A stretch of 32,000 nucleotides of DNA from Puniceicoccales bacterium (lineage in GTDB: Bacteria; Verrucomicrobiota; Verrucomicrobiia; Opitutales; JAIRLM01): assembly GCA_031268795.1 (NCBI GenBank), contig JAIRWT010000008.1, forward strand, positions 106,619 through 138,618, written 5' to 3'. Under the pieces are notes generated by a model. The model ran no database searches, was not told the DNA's origin, and saw only the letters and a program-made list of their open reading frames with translations. The translations under genes and the position numbers were made by a program. Within the stretch, counting starts at the first letter, position 1, and every line of letters begins with the position of its first letter. This document shows, in pieces, positions 1 through 9,109 of the stretch.

Positions 1-5
1 ATACC

Positions 6-3000
6 ATGTTTGCCCACATGTTAGTACCCGTTCCGGAAAATGGGAATGATCCGGGACCCTTTGCGACTGAAATTAATCTCTTCATTCAATATGTATTGGG
101 GCATCCAAAATCAGGTGCGGCAATGCATTTGGCGAAAAAATTTGGAAAAGGCGTATGGGATGAGCTTGTTACGAATAGTGTGGATATGGGAAAGCGGGAT
201 GCTGTTTTTCGCGAGATTTTCGATAGGACCAGAAGATTACTTATGGACCCGGAGGAGCGCACCGAATGTACCATATGGATAGTTGACAATAATGTGAAAA
301 CCTATCCTGGCATGATCGAAGGAACTGCATTCTTACAAGGAAATATATCAGGTTTTAATTTTGGATGTTCCGGTACACTTTGGAATTGTGATGCATTTGC
401 TCACCCGTTTCGGACGGGAGAGAAGCATTTGGATGAAAGCATACTGCCACGCGTGGCCAGTAAAGCAATCGAAGATGTACAATCTGGTTCCGCTTCCATT
501 AGGCAACTGCGACCCGGGGGAGATCAATTAGGTAAGCTTTTAACGGAAGTAACGGAAAATCATTGTGCATTCATAGATGTGGCTGGTGTCCTGAAGGATT
601 ACAGTGGTTTAGCCGTTGTAAGAGGTTTGCAAAAATTTCATACGGATAAAGGTATCACGCGGTATGAGGCATATGCGTTTTATGCGCCGGCGGGTGAGGT
701 CGGCGAAGAAGAAGGTTGGTATCTTCTTTTGGCGAGCGGTGAAATAAAATTTTTACCAAATAATAGCCCGGATACAATTGCATTGATTGCCGGTGGTTGC
801 ACGAGAGAAGGACTTTTCGTTTACTTCGATCAAAGTCATTGTGTTGGTGTCGATTTTCAACTTCCCCGGCAGGGAAAGGCAACGATAACAATGCACCCGG
901 ATAAAACGAATCTTCACGCTGCCTTGCAAGGAATATTGCGAATGCGCGGATTTTTTACGACGCAAAGCGTAGATATACTCATATGCAGTAGCGACAGAAC
1001 TTTTAACGGGATTTGTGAGTTATTTGATCGCCTCTCCGACAATGAACAAGCCATACTAAATATGCATCGCATGCATAATTATCGGATGGAGCTAATGGAG
1101 GCCGCCCAAAGAATTATGGAAGAGAAAGCCGCTAGGTTTTTCCGAATATTTAGATTTTTTATTGAACATTGCCATACATGGTTCGGTTTTAGGTGGTTTT
1201 ACCAACATTATTTATGGCTTTTGCAGGGCTGTGCGGAGCTTGCTATTACCAAAGCGCCGTTCAATCCAGTTGCATGGTATGGTCCACTGGCGGTGAGTGT
1301 TGATGCGGCGCATCATATAGGGAAGCAAAGGTGTTCCATCGCAGAAATATTGCGGCCATTTGGGGAAGATGTGCAATTTCTTAGAAGAACCGCACAAATG
1401 TTTTCATGCATGTGCGAAGCGGTGAGCGGTACTTGCGTCCGCGCCATATGTTACGAAGGCCATGAAAAAGATTCGAAGCAAGTTGCTACGCAAACGGAAA
1501 TTCAGGTGCAAGCGGAAACCGAAGCAGCGATGGAGCTAGAAATGACGGTTCCCAAGAGAAATCGAGGTGAATTTCGAAAAGAGACTGGAATACGCCATGC
1601 GACGCGAGAAAATCCCTTTGCGTGGCAGTTATTTGCAATGAAAGGTGCCGTCGAATTTCAACCAGGCCCTGAAGATACACAAACGGGTGATATCATCAAA
1701 GCAGCGGTAACGCCTCAGACAACCCGTGAAATGCTTCAGGAAAGAGTTCCAAGCTATAAAATGCCAGGAGCCATCACTTGTATGCAACGCCAGCTTACAG
1801 ATGATGTTTTTAATGAGTTATTTCGGGCGGCAATGCTTGCGCATATGCCATTGTCTATTTTCGAGAAAAACTTATGCAATTTTGCAAAGAAACTCAACGC
1901 CATTTATAGCACGGCAGAGCTGCGTAAGGAGGAGCAAAATCCCGCAGAAAAACACATTACGCTTCCGTTGTTTGCGGACTCATATTCGGAGCATGTCAAC
2001 AGAACTTTTGCCCACGAAACCGTGCATAAAATTTACAAATGTATCCGTAAATTCGAGCATGAATTCGATGAATTGTGTGCAGGGACGAATAAATATAAAA
2101 AACAGAGGAAGGAAGGGCAACGGTTTGTCAATATGCCAACGCTTGTGGATCTGCTCAAAGATGATCTTTATAGGGAGATCTTAAAAGATGAAATCTCAAA
2201 TGATGATAGCGAGCATGACATATTGGAAAAAGTGTTGTTTCCGGTTGTCCGTATTTTCGCAGAAAATGGCAAAAATGTGAAGCTAGATACATTGTTTGAC
2301 GTTCTAGTGGTTGTGTTTAAAGAAGAAATTGGAGAGTCTGAAAAACAGGCAATTATGGCACTGGTTGATACTGTCTGTGAAAATTTTATTAGTGAGTATT
2401 GTTCTGGTGCGAAAACAATTTGTTTGGTTTTAAAGGCCTTATTTAACTTACTTCTGCCACCGCAACCGGATAATGCGCCGGGAAACCTTGCTAAGTTAGC
2501 ACTTATCGCTACAAACGGCGCTTTTTATACGGATTCTCAGGAAGTAGCGACTTTGTGCAATATGATATTTGGCAGTCAATTTAGTCCAGGCAATCAATAC
2601 AATGTTGAGAATGCGCTGCGGCTAATAACCTGTAATGGTCTACTTAGCGAAGCCCGTTTGCAGATGTTGCCAATTAAAGCTGTTAGGGATTCGGTTGAAG
2701 CGTTACTTAAAGAAACACAACGGCAGATTGTAAAACTTGGCGGAAAAACATTCGATACGTTGAAAATTTATGATGGAGAGCATGTCAAAAACGCTATCGC
2801 CGGTATACGCTCCGTCAATTCATGGCTGCAAGAATATTGGCCGGAATTGCCCGGAGTTTTCCCTCAAACTTTTTTCGCCTCAGATAATTTTACCCACGCA
2901 TTTACCGGTGACAACGACCCAGTGTCGATGGACGCACGTCATGCCCAGTATATACTCATCTGTAGAGATTCTCGTGGGGAGTTTCAGCGTATTTTCGTAA

Positions 3001-3425
3001 CTCCACAAGAAGCGAAAGATTTCGGGAAATTGATTGAGTCAGGAGATTTGGTTGATGCGCACATTTATACCGCACACGGTGATAGGGTGCCTTACAGATG
3101 GCCGTGTGAGCCTGAGGAAAATCCCGAAACCGATCCGGATTGGGGTGGTACGCTAAAGCAGGCAAATGAGCAGGCAAAAGAAGCTGTACTTTTTGTGCAG
3201 CTTTTTAATGGAACACTTACGCCGGAAGTTTTTCAAAGAAATCCAAAATTAATTCCTCGGTATAACAGCTTGATGCGCGGTCATGGCGGCTTCATTTCGG
3301 TTGTGGAAAAATGCGCGGAAAAAACGCGCCAGGATACATCTTGGATGTCATTTCCTGTCCAAATTTCTAAAAAGTGCAGAAGACGAAGGGGGGTGGGCGG
3401 CGCCAAAAAAGATGCCGCTGCATAG
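6..3425 (+). CDS. large orphan protein (1139 aa), family unknown; candidate secreted substrate
   Basis: Uninterrupted 3.4-kb ORF from the ATG at 6. The frame is also open to the window edge, so the true start may lie upstream. No TM segment or signal peptide seen, and no motif I can assign to a family. Cys-rich, with a basic C-terminal tail KKCRRRRGVGGAKK. Lies directly upstream of a T3SS-chaperone-like gene. Confidence 0.75.
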   Translation: MFAHMLVPVPENGNDPGPFATEINLFIQYVLGHPKSGAAMHLAKKFGKGVWDELVTNSVDMGKRDAVFREIFDRTRRLLMDPEERTECTIWIVDNNVKTYPGMIEGTAFLQGNISGFNFGCSGTLWNCDAFAHPFRTGEKHLDESILPRVASKAIEDVQSGSASIRQLRPGGDQLGKLLTEVTENHCAFIDVAGVLKDYSGLAVVRGLQKFHTDKGITRYEAYAFYAPAGEVGEEEGWYLLLASGEIKFLPNNSPDTIALIAGGCTREGLFVYFDQSHCVGVDFQLPRQGKATITMHPDKTNLHAALQGILRMRGFFTTQSVDILICSSDRTFNGICELFDRLSDNEQAILNMHRMHNYRMELMEAAQRIMEEKAARFFRIFRFFIEHCHTWFGFRWFYQHYLWLLQGCAELAITKAPFNPVAWYGPLAVSVDAAHHIGKQRCSIAEILRPFGEDVQFLRRTAQMFSCMCEAVSGTCVRAICYEGHEKDSKQVATQTEIQVQAETEAAMELEMTVPKRNRGEFRKETGIRHATRENPFAWQLFAMKGAVEFQPGPEDTQTGDIIKAAVTPQTTREMLQERVPSYKMPGAITCMQRQLTDDVFNELFRAAMLAHMPLSIFEKNLCNFAKKLNAIYSTAELRKEEQNPAEKHITLPLFADSYSEHVNRTFAHETVHKIYKCIRKFEHEFDELCAGTNKYKKQRKEGQRFVNMPTLVDLLKDDLYREILKDEISNDDSEHDILEKVLFPVVRIFAENGKNVKLDTLFDVLVVVFKEEIGESEKQAIMALVDTVCENFISEYCSGAKTICLVLKALFNLLLPPQPDNAPGNLAKLALIATNGAFYTDSQEVATLCNMIFGSQFSPGNQYNVENALRLITCNGLLSEARLQMLPIKAVRDSVEALLKETQRQIVKLGGKTFDTLKIYDGEHVKNAIAGIRSVNSWLQEYWPELPGVFPQTFFASDNFTHAFTGDNDPVSMDARHAQYILICRDSRGEFQRIFVTPQEAKDFGKLIESGDLVDAHIYTAHGDRVPYRWPCEPEENPETDPDWGGTLKQANEQAKEAVLFVQLFNGTLTPEVFQRNPKLIPRYNSLMRGHGGFISVVEKCAEKTRQDTSWMSFPVQISKKCRRRRGVGGAKKDAAA

Positions 3426-3529
3426 AGAATTTCAATCGGCGATTGAAAAAATTAGTCGGCGAAGATTCCAAAAGCGGAGGAGAAGCTGATCGCCATCGAT
3501 TTTTGGGCAAAAAAATTTCAACAACTTTT

Positions 3530-3558
3530 TTGCATGATTGGAAAAACAAACTTATATT
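3530..3558 (+). promoter_or_regulatory. sigma70-like promoter for the chaperone-like gene
   Basis: TTGCAT (3530-3535), 17-nt spacer, TATATT (3553-3558), about 37 nt upstream of ATG 3595. It would exclude the TTG start at 3538 given in the ORF track. Confidence 0.35.
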
Positions 3559-3594
3559 AAAGGTGGAAGGGGTTTCCAGAGAAAAGGATATGTT

Positions 3595-4284
3595 ATGGCA
3601 GAGTTGACGGAAGAGCAGATGGAGATGATTGAGGAGATCGCCGATCAAGTGGCCGAAGAGGTAATTAAGGAGGAGCCGCCAAGTGGGCTTGAATCGCGGG
3701 AAAAGCTCAAGGAACGGCGCAGAATTGAAATTCAAAAGGTCTTAGTAGAAGGCGAACGTGTCGCCATGGATGGTGTGGATCTTTTTTTTAACAAAGATGA
3801 AAGAGGTGTGGCGAAGGAAATTTTTGGGCGCGTTCGCTCCGTGCTGCCAGGCCTGATGAATTTGCCGCCGGAAAAGCAAACATTGAAAGGTGTCCTCACC
3901 GAGGCCGACTATAAGGCACTCAACGCCATTGCCATGAAAAGCTATGAGGAGGGGGATTTTAAATCGGCGAGTTCCATGTTTTCAGTGATTGTTCGGTTAT
4001 TTATCGAAGAAATTCAAATTCAGCCGTTCATCATGTTGGCGTTGTGCGAGTGGCAGACAAATGGCATAGAGGCGGCAACGAAAATTTATGAACTCTATAT
4101 GCAAATGTTTGAGGATCCTCTGCTTTGTTACTACGCGGCCGACTGTTTTGCGAAGGCAAAGATGACCAATGATGCGCGCAATGCCATCGATAAAGGTCTT
4201 GAATATATTCGCGCGGGGAAGGTTCTCGAAGGCCGCGATGAATTGGAAGGCGCGATGAATAAATTGAAAAGCGAATTACACTGA
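3595..4284 (+). CDS. TPR protein resembling class II type III secretion chaperones (LcrH/SycD/Scc2 family)
   Basis: 229 aa from ATG 3595, with AAGGA 7 nt upstream. Acidic N-terminus followed by three TPR-like repeats. By-eye alignment to SycD: LKGVLTEADYKALNAIAMKSYEEGDFKSA and LLCYYAADCFAKAKMTNDARNAIDKGL match LEQLYSLAFNQYQSGKYEDA and PFHAAECLLQKGELAEAESGL. Confidence 0.6.
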   Translation: MAELTEEQMEMIEEIADQVAEEVIKEEPPSGLESREKLKERRRIEIQKVLVEGERVAMDGVDLFFNKDERGVAKEIFGRVRSVLPGLMNLPPEKQTLKGVLTEADYKALNAIAMKSYEEGDFKSASSMFSVIVRLFIEEIQIQPFIMLALCEWQTNGIEAATKIYELYMQMFEDPLLCYYAADCFAKAKMTNDARNAIDKGLEYIRAGKVLEGRDELEGAMNKLKSELH

Positions 4285-4344
4285 TCCACTTAGTGATTAG
4301 ATACGAATTGTTGGATCCATGGCATGGATTCATCTGGTGTTTTG

Positions 4345-4372
4345 AGCGCGCTTTGGCGCGCTAAATTTTTTT
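4345..4372 (+). terminator. intrinsic terminator after the chaperone-like gene
   Basis: Perfect 7-bp stem AGCGCGC / GCGCGCT with loop TTTG, then AAA and a run of 7 T (4366-4372). Confidence 0.7.
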
Positions 4373-4448
4373 GCGGAGGGATACTTCCAACTGAAATTCC
4401 GGCCTTGATAAAGTGTGTCCAAAGTGTGGTGGTAGGCGCGATAAAATT

Positions 4449-5579
4449 ATGGAAAGCCTCGATTGCACTTTTCCCGTGGAAGGTCTTTTCCGAGCGGCTG
4501 GCGGAAATACGCCCGCACGCTTACTAGACCTATCCCGCAACGGCAAAATGACCGGTAATGATATTTTGATTCCGCTGTCATTGGTGCAAAAGCTGCGACT
4601 GCGCACGGGGCAATATATTTCCGGAGAGGCAGCAAATGCTGGAAATCCCAATCAGAGGCGATTAGTGCGCATCAATGCAATTGATGGGTTGCCGATCGAT
4701 CGGCGGCGATTTTGTATGCCATTCCAGCGGGCAACGACCACATCGCCTGAGAAAATGTTCCACTTGGAGACGGGAACTGCTCCGCTGTCTACGCGGATAA
4801 TTGATTTTTTTGTGCCGATTGGACGCGGGCAAAGGTGCATGATCGTCGCACCGCCAAAAACGGGAAAAACCATTTTATTGCAACAGATTGCCCGTGGAAT
4901 TCTCCAAAATCATGGCGACTGTCATTTGATGGTGTTGCTTGTGGATGAGCGACCGGAGGAGGTTACGGATTTTAAGCGCAATGCGCCGGTGGAAATCTTC
5001 GCCTCGTCCAATGATGAGGCAATTAAAACGCACATTGAAGTGGCCCAGTTGGCATTTGCGCGGGCGGAAAATCTAGTGGAAACCGGTCGACACGTGGTGC
5101 TACTTCTTGATTCGTTGACGCGTCTGGCACGGGCGATTAACAATAATTTGGGGCGCGGTGCTGGAAGGACAATGACCGGCGGCCTTGATCCACAGGCATT
5201 GGAAAGGGCGCGGCAGTTTTTTTCTCTTGCTCGCAATACCGAAGAGATCGGAAGTTTAACCATCATTGCGACCGCACTCATCGAAACAGGAAGCCGTATG
5301 GATGAGGCAATTTTTCAAGAGTTGAAAGGTACGGGAAATTGTGAGATCATTCTTGATCGTAAGCTCGCCGAAAGACGCATTTTCCCAGCCATCAACATCC
5401 CTGCGTCCAGCACCCGCCGCGAGGAATTGCTCCTTGGTGCGAAAGAGCTTCAACTGAACCAATTGCTTAGGCGTTCATTCGTTGGGTTGTCGCCGGAGGA
5501 TGCCATGGAAGGGTTGGTGAATCGTTTGAGCAAAACGGCAAGCAATCGCGAGTTCATGGATTTCATTGCAAAGCGTTGA
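4449..5579 (+). CDS. rho: transcription termination factor Rho (short form, no N-terminal helix bundle)
   Basis: Walker A APPKTGKT, Walker B region VVLLLDSLTRLARA, and TGGLDPQAL and IETGSRMDEAIFQELKGTGN segments colinear with E. coli Rho from about residue 50 to the C-terminus. ATG 4449 chosen; the GTG at 4413 would add MCPKCGGRRDKI. Confidence 0.9.
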   Translation: MESLDCTFPVEGLFRAAGGNTPARLLDLSRNGKMTGNDILIPLSLVQKLRLRTGQYISGEAANAGNPNQRRLVRINAIDGLPIDRRRFCMPFQRATTTSPEKMFHLETGTAPLSTRIIDFFVPIGRGQRCMIVAPPKTGKTILLQQIARGILQNHGDCHLMVLLVDERPEEVTDFKRNAPVEIFASSNDEAIKTHIEVAQLAFARAENLVETGRHVVLLLDSLTRLARAINNNLGRGAGRTMTGGLDPQALERARQFFSLARNTEEIGSLTIIATALIETGSRMDEAIFQELKGTGNCEIILDRKLAERRIFPAINIPASSTRREELLLGAKELQLNQLLRRSFVGLSPEDAMEGLVNRLSKTASNREFMDFIAKR

Positions 5580-7365
5580 TATCTGTGTTGCAGGTCCACA
5601 GTTGGCACGAAAGAGGTCCTAGTGAATGCGGATCCGAGAGACGTTGGAGCGAATTCCCATTATAGAATTGATGTCCGTCGGCGATGAGTTGGAAAGAGCC
5701 GCATGGAATATCCGGCAGCGGGAAATGCACGGTATGGAAATCGGGGTTGACTAAAAATAGTAACCGTTGCGATTCCTGGGATGCGTTCGCATTGTAGAGT
5801 GTGCCCAGGGCACTTTCGGAATCGGCGGTCGGAAAGAATTGAAAAAATCCTTCCGATGGGGCTTCCCTTTGCCGCAAGAGCTTTCCAGCCAATGAACGAC
5901 GGAAGCGAATCCACTGTACTACGTAGGCATGCAATTGTTGAAATTGTTCCAGGCGTTCCGGGGAAAGACGGTTTTTTTCGCCGTCCTTGTAGGTATTAGA
6001 TACGCCGCCCTTTGAGCGGAGAAAATCTTGACCCTCGCTTAGCATGGGAACGCCGAGGCTCATAAATAGAATGGCAAACATAAGTCGTGTGCGTTGCAGA
6101 TCGTTTGGACGCGGATAGCGGCCATCCTGTGCGTATGTTTCCGTGATACCATCAATCCAAACGCAATCATCATGCGAAGCGGTATAATTGATGGATTGGA
6201 TTGGCGCGCTGGTTAGGTGGGACGTGCAGCCTCCAAGGAAGTAGCGTAAGGCATCGCGGTTGCCAGTATCTAATACGTAGTTGCGAATGGAATTGCGAAA
6301 ATCATCATTCCAATAACTCCATGTTGTTGGTTTAAGATCTAGAGCACTATGTCCGCGGAAACTCCACGGTTCGGCGATTAGGTAAATGCTTTTTTTTATG
6401 GCCCGCAATTCTTTCTCGATGCACTTTAAAGTTTCCAAATCGATTAATTCTGCCAAATCGAAGCGAAATCCATCCACGCCAAAGGTTTGCACCCAGTATT
6501 TGAGACTATCTAAAATCAGCCGCCGGGCCATGGGCGCTTCCGTACGGAGGTCATTTCCGCAACCACTGAAGTTGGTTAGCGTTCCATCCGCATTGGTGCG
6601 AAAAAAATAATCCCCACCCAACATGCGCAAATTATTTGGCTCGCCGACGTGATTATAGACCACATCCAAAATGAACTGAATGCCTTTTTTGTGGCACGCT
6701 TGAACAACGGCGACGAAATCAAAGAGTTGGGACCCATTGGCTTTATTTGTGGCATAGGCGCGAGTTGGCGCGAAATAATTCACTGGCATGTAGCCCCAGT
6801 GGTATTCGACGTCCGCAAGGCTATCGAATTCTTGTAGTGGCTGTAATTCCAGCGCATTGATACCTAATTGATCCAAATAGGACCGTGGATTGGATAGCCA
6901 GCGGCAAAAAATTTCGTAGGTGGGGCGATCAAACTTATCCGTGCACAACCCCAACAGATCCGATAAATGGCCCTCAAGGATGACCAGTTCTTCCATCGGA
7001 ATTAAAGTATGGCGTTCGATGATCTGCGGCAGCCGGCTGCGATCGATGGAAATTCCCGGACCTCGCGCGGACAGTGAGGCCAGAGCATATGGATCCAAAA
7101 TGTGGCTGTAATCTTCCCGGGAAATAGAAAATTCATTCTTGGGAACGCTTTGAATGACGTATGGAGTGCCGTCGAGATTTTGATTCGTTTGCGCTTCCCA
7201 AAGGCTTTCCGCTACTTCCCGTGCCGGGAGTGAATTTCCCAGTTGGGTTCCATGGCGGATGGAAAGTTCGCGGGCGTTTGGTGCGAAAATGCGGAATAGG
7301 GTCCCTGATGGGCAAGGGAAGGCGCCGAGTGGACTGTCGTAGTAAAGATCACAGGTCATGCCCAT
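5563..7365 (-). CDS. GH13 pullulanase / glycogen debranching enzyme
   Basis: GH13 conserved regions DVVYNHV, GFRFDLAEL, IAEPW and YTASHDD. Pullulanase-type YHWGYMPVNYFAP. CBM48-like N-terminus LGAFPCPSGTLFRIFAPNA. Start placed at ATG 7365 (7359 also possible). The longer ORF to 7461 would overlap the upstream ABC gene by 113 nt. Confidence 0.85.
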   Translation of the reverse strand: MGMTCDLYYDSPLGAFPCPSGTLFRIFAPNARELSIRHGTQLGNSLPAREVAESLWEAQTNQNLDGTPYVIQSVPKNEFSISREDYSHILDPYALASLSARGPGISIDRSRLPQIIERHTLIPMEELVILEGHLSDLLGLCTDKFDRPTYEIFCRWLSNPRSYLDQLGINALELQPLQEFDSLADVEYHWGYMPVNYFAPTRAYATNKANGSQLFDFVAVVQACHKKGIQFILDVVYNHVGEPNNLRMLGGDYFFRTNADGTLTNFSGCGNDLRTEAPMARRLILDSLKYWVQTFGVDGFRFDLAELIDLETLKCIEKELRAIKKSIYLIAEPWSFRGHSALDLKPTTWSYWNDDFRNSIRNYVLDTGNRDALRYFLGGCTSHLTSAPIQSINYTASHDDCVWIDGITETYAQDGRYPRPNDLQRTRLMFAILFMSLGVPMLSEGQDFLRSKGGVSNTYKDGEKNRLSPERLEQFQQLHAYVVQWIRFRRSLAGKLLRQREAPSEGFFQFFPTADSESALGTLYNANASQESQRLLFLVNPDFHTVHFPLPDIPCGSFQLIADGHQFYNGNSLQRLSDPHSLGPLSCQLWTCNTDINALQ

Positions 7366-9109
7366 GAGTGTGCGCAATGTAGAGCTGTTTGTAAAGACCG
7401 CCATCGCGCAGCAATTCCCCGTGGGTTCCACGCTGAACAATGGCACCGTCATCCAAAACAATAACTTCGTCCACGAATGAAAGCAAACTGAAGCGATGGG
7501 AAATGATTATTACCGTCCGACCGCTGAAGAGGGATTTTAGTGAATCGCGCAGATCGGATTCACTTTGGCTATCCAGGGCGCTTGTGGCTTCGTCCAATAT
7601 CAGAAGTGGTGCATTTCGCAAAAATGCCCGGGCAATTGCAATGCGCTGCCGTTGCCCGCCGGAAAGTAAGTATCCGTCCTCGCCGATTGGCGTATGGAGT
7701 CCCTGCGGAAGTGCGTTAATGAATTTGTCCGCGTGGGCATTGCGAATGGCCATTTCCACGTCCTGTTGTGTGGCATCCAGCCGGCCCCAAAGGATATTTT
7801 CATAAACCGTCCCACTAACCAGTGTTGGTTCCTGAGGCACGAAGGCAATGCACCGGCGCAGATCTTCCGTTGCGAGATGGTTGATATTGACGCCGTCCAC
7901 GGAAATGCGGCCACTCTGAATTTCATAAAATCGCAGCAGAAGACTTGCCAACGTTGTCTTTCCTGCACCGCTTGGCCCCACGAGGGCGTAGCTGCGACCG
8001 GCTGGCAAACGCAGCGAAAAATGCTGCAAAACCGATCGATTTGGATCGTAGGAGAATGTAACATCGTCGAAGTGAATTTCTCCGCGGATATCATGTATGG
8101 AAGAGGGGTTATGCGGCGGGGAATCCACCTCCTTCTCATCCAAGAAGGATTCAATGCGAAATAAAGCGGAAAAAGAGCATTGCAAATTCCCATAGAGTCT
8201 TCCGATGTTTTTTACGGGTTCGTAGACAAGAAATAGCGCCGTTCCAAGGGCTAGGAAGGTATCTCCTGGAATGTGCAGGTGGTATCCGTGGCACACGGCG
8301 ACACCAATGCCAATGGCCGCCCAAGTTTCAATGCTAGGAACGATGCAGTAATAAGCCTTGCAGGCGCGCAAATAAGCTTTGGAGTAGTCAGTGTTGCTGC
8401 GTCGATAATTGCGAGTTTCCCGGTCCTCCATCACGAAGGCGCGAACTTCTTGCGCCGTACTAAGATTAACGGTCAGACGGGAAGTAAGATGAGAGATTTT
8501 TTCCTGGGCGATCAGGTTATACTCCCACACCCGGCGGCCAAAAAAAATAATGGGTATGGCACTCAATCCAATCAAAATAAGTAACAAAAGCATTGTCCAG
8601 CCATTGGCTACGCGCAAGCAGAGAAAAATAACTGCAATTATGCCACTGATTAGGGTTATGGGCCGTTGAAAAATTTCGTGGGCGATACTCACGAAACAGG
8701 ATTGAATGGTGTTTACATCATTGGCCGCTCGCGAGATGACATCTCCGGCCGATGTTTTATGGAAAAATGCCAATGGCAGAAGCTGAATTTTTTGAAATAT
8801 TTTAAGACGTATGGACTTTAAAATAGCCTGGCCGACAACAGCCAAAAGATAGGTGTTTAAAAACCCGCAAATGCTGCGCACGAAAATGAGAACAAATGGA
8901 AGAAAACAATAATAAAGTAATAGCCAAGTGGCAATGTCATCCTGCGAAAAAACTTTTCCGATCAAATATTTGAGTAAAATTGGAATACCGAATCCACTGG
9001 CAAAACCGTTGATAACTCCGGTAACAAGGGCAAAGAATATCTGCCAGCGACAAAATCGCAGTCCGTCGAGGTACTTCAGTATGGCGCTATAACGGACTTT
9101 TTTTCGCAT
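7349..9109 (-). CDS. ABC exporter, fused permease/ATPase (MsbA/ABCB-like)
   Basis: N-terminal multi-TM exporter domain plus a nucleotide-binding domain: Walker A GPSGAGKTT, signature LSGGQRQR, Walker B LLILDEATSALD, H-loop IIISHR. ATG at 9109 preceded by AAGGGTGAGGG. Confidence 0.9.
   Translation of the reverse strand: MRKKVRYSAILKYLDGLRFCRWQIFFALVTGVINGFASGFGIPILLKYLIGKVFSQDDIATWLLLYYCFLPFVLIFVRSICGFLNTYLLAVVGQAILKSIRLKIFQKIQLLPLAFFHKTSAGDVISRAANDVNTIQSCFVSIAHEIFQRPITLISGIIAVIFLCLRVANGWTMLLLLILIGLSAIPIIFFGRRVWEYNLIAQEKISHLTSRLTVNLSTAQEVRAFVMEDRETRNYRRSNTDYSKAYLRACKAYYCIVPSIETWAAIGIGVAVCHGYHLHIPGDTFLALGTALFLVYEPVKNIGRLYGNLQCSFSALFRIESFLDEKEVDSPPHNPSSIHDIRGEIHFDDVTFSYDPNRSVLQHFSLRLPAGRSYALVGPSGAGKTTLASLLLRFYEIQSGRISVDGVNINHLATEDLRRCIAFVPQEPTLVSGTVYENILWGRLDATQQDVEMAIRNAHADKFINALPQGLHTPIGEDGYLLSGGQRQRIAIARAFLRNAPLLILDEATSALDSQSESDLRDSLKSLFSGRTVIIISHRFSLLSFVDEVIVLDDGAIVQRGTHGELLRDGGLYKQLYIAHTHGHDL

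Noticed and set aside
3367-3735. Small ORFs spanning the gap between the 1139-aa gene and the chaperone gene (3283-3489, 3374-3607, 3367-3735)
   Set aside because: They overlap the ends of better-supported genes and the predicted promoter, and give basic low-complexity products. The 7-bp hairpin TTCAATC-GGC-GATTGAA at 3431-3447 has no U-run, so it is not called as a terminator either.
4324-4527. 67-aa ORF between the chaperone gene and rho; also tested whether it could encode the missing Rho N-terminal helix bundle
   Set aside because: It contains the intrinsic terminator hairpin, is in a different frame from rho, and bears no resemblance to the Rho N-terminal helices.
7600-8193. 197-aa and 156-aa ORFs nested in or antisense to the ABC transporter gene, and similar nested ORFs in pnp (29400-29921), rpoD (19380-19754), ddl and murB
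   Set aside because: They lie entirely inside genes with unambiguous family motifs. Their compositions are skewed (Arg/Ser/Cys-rich) as expected for off-frame translation.
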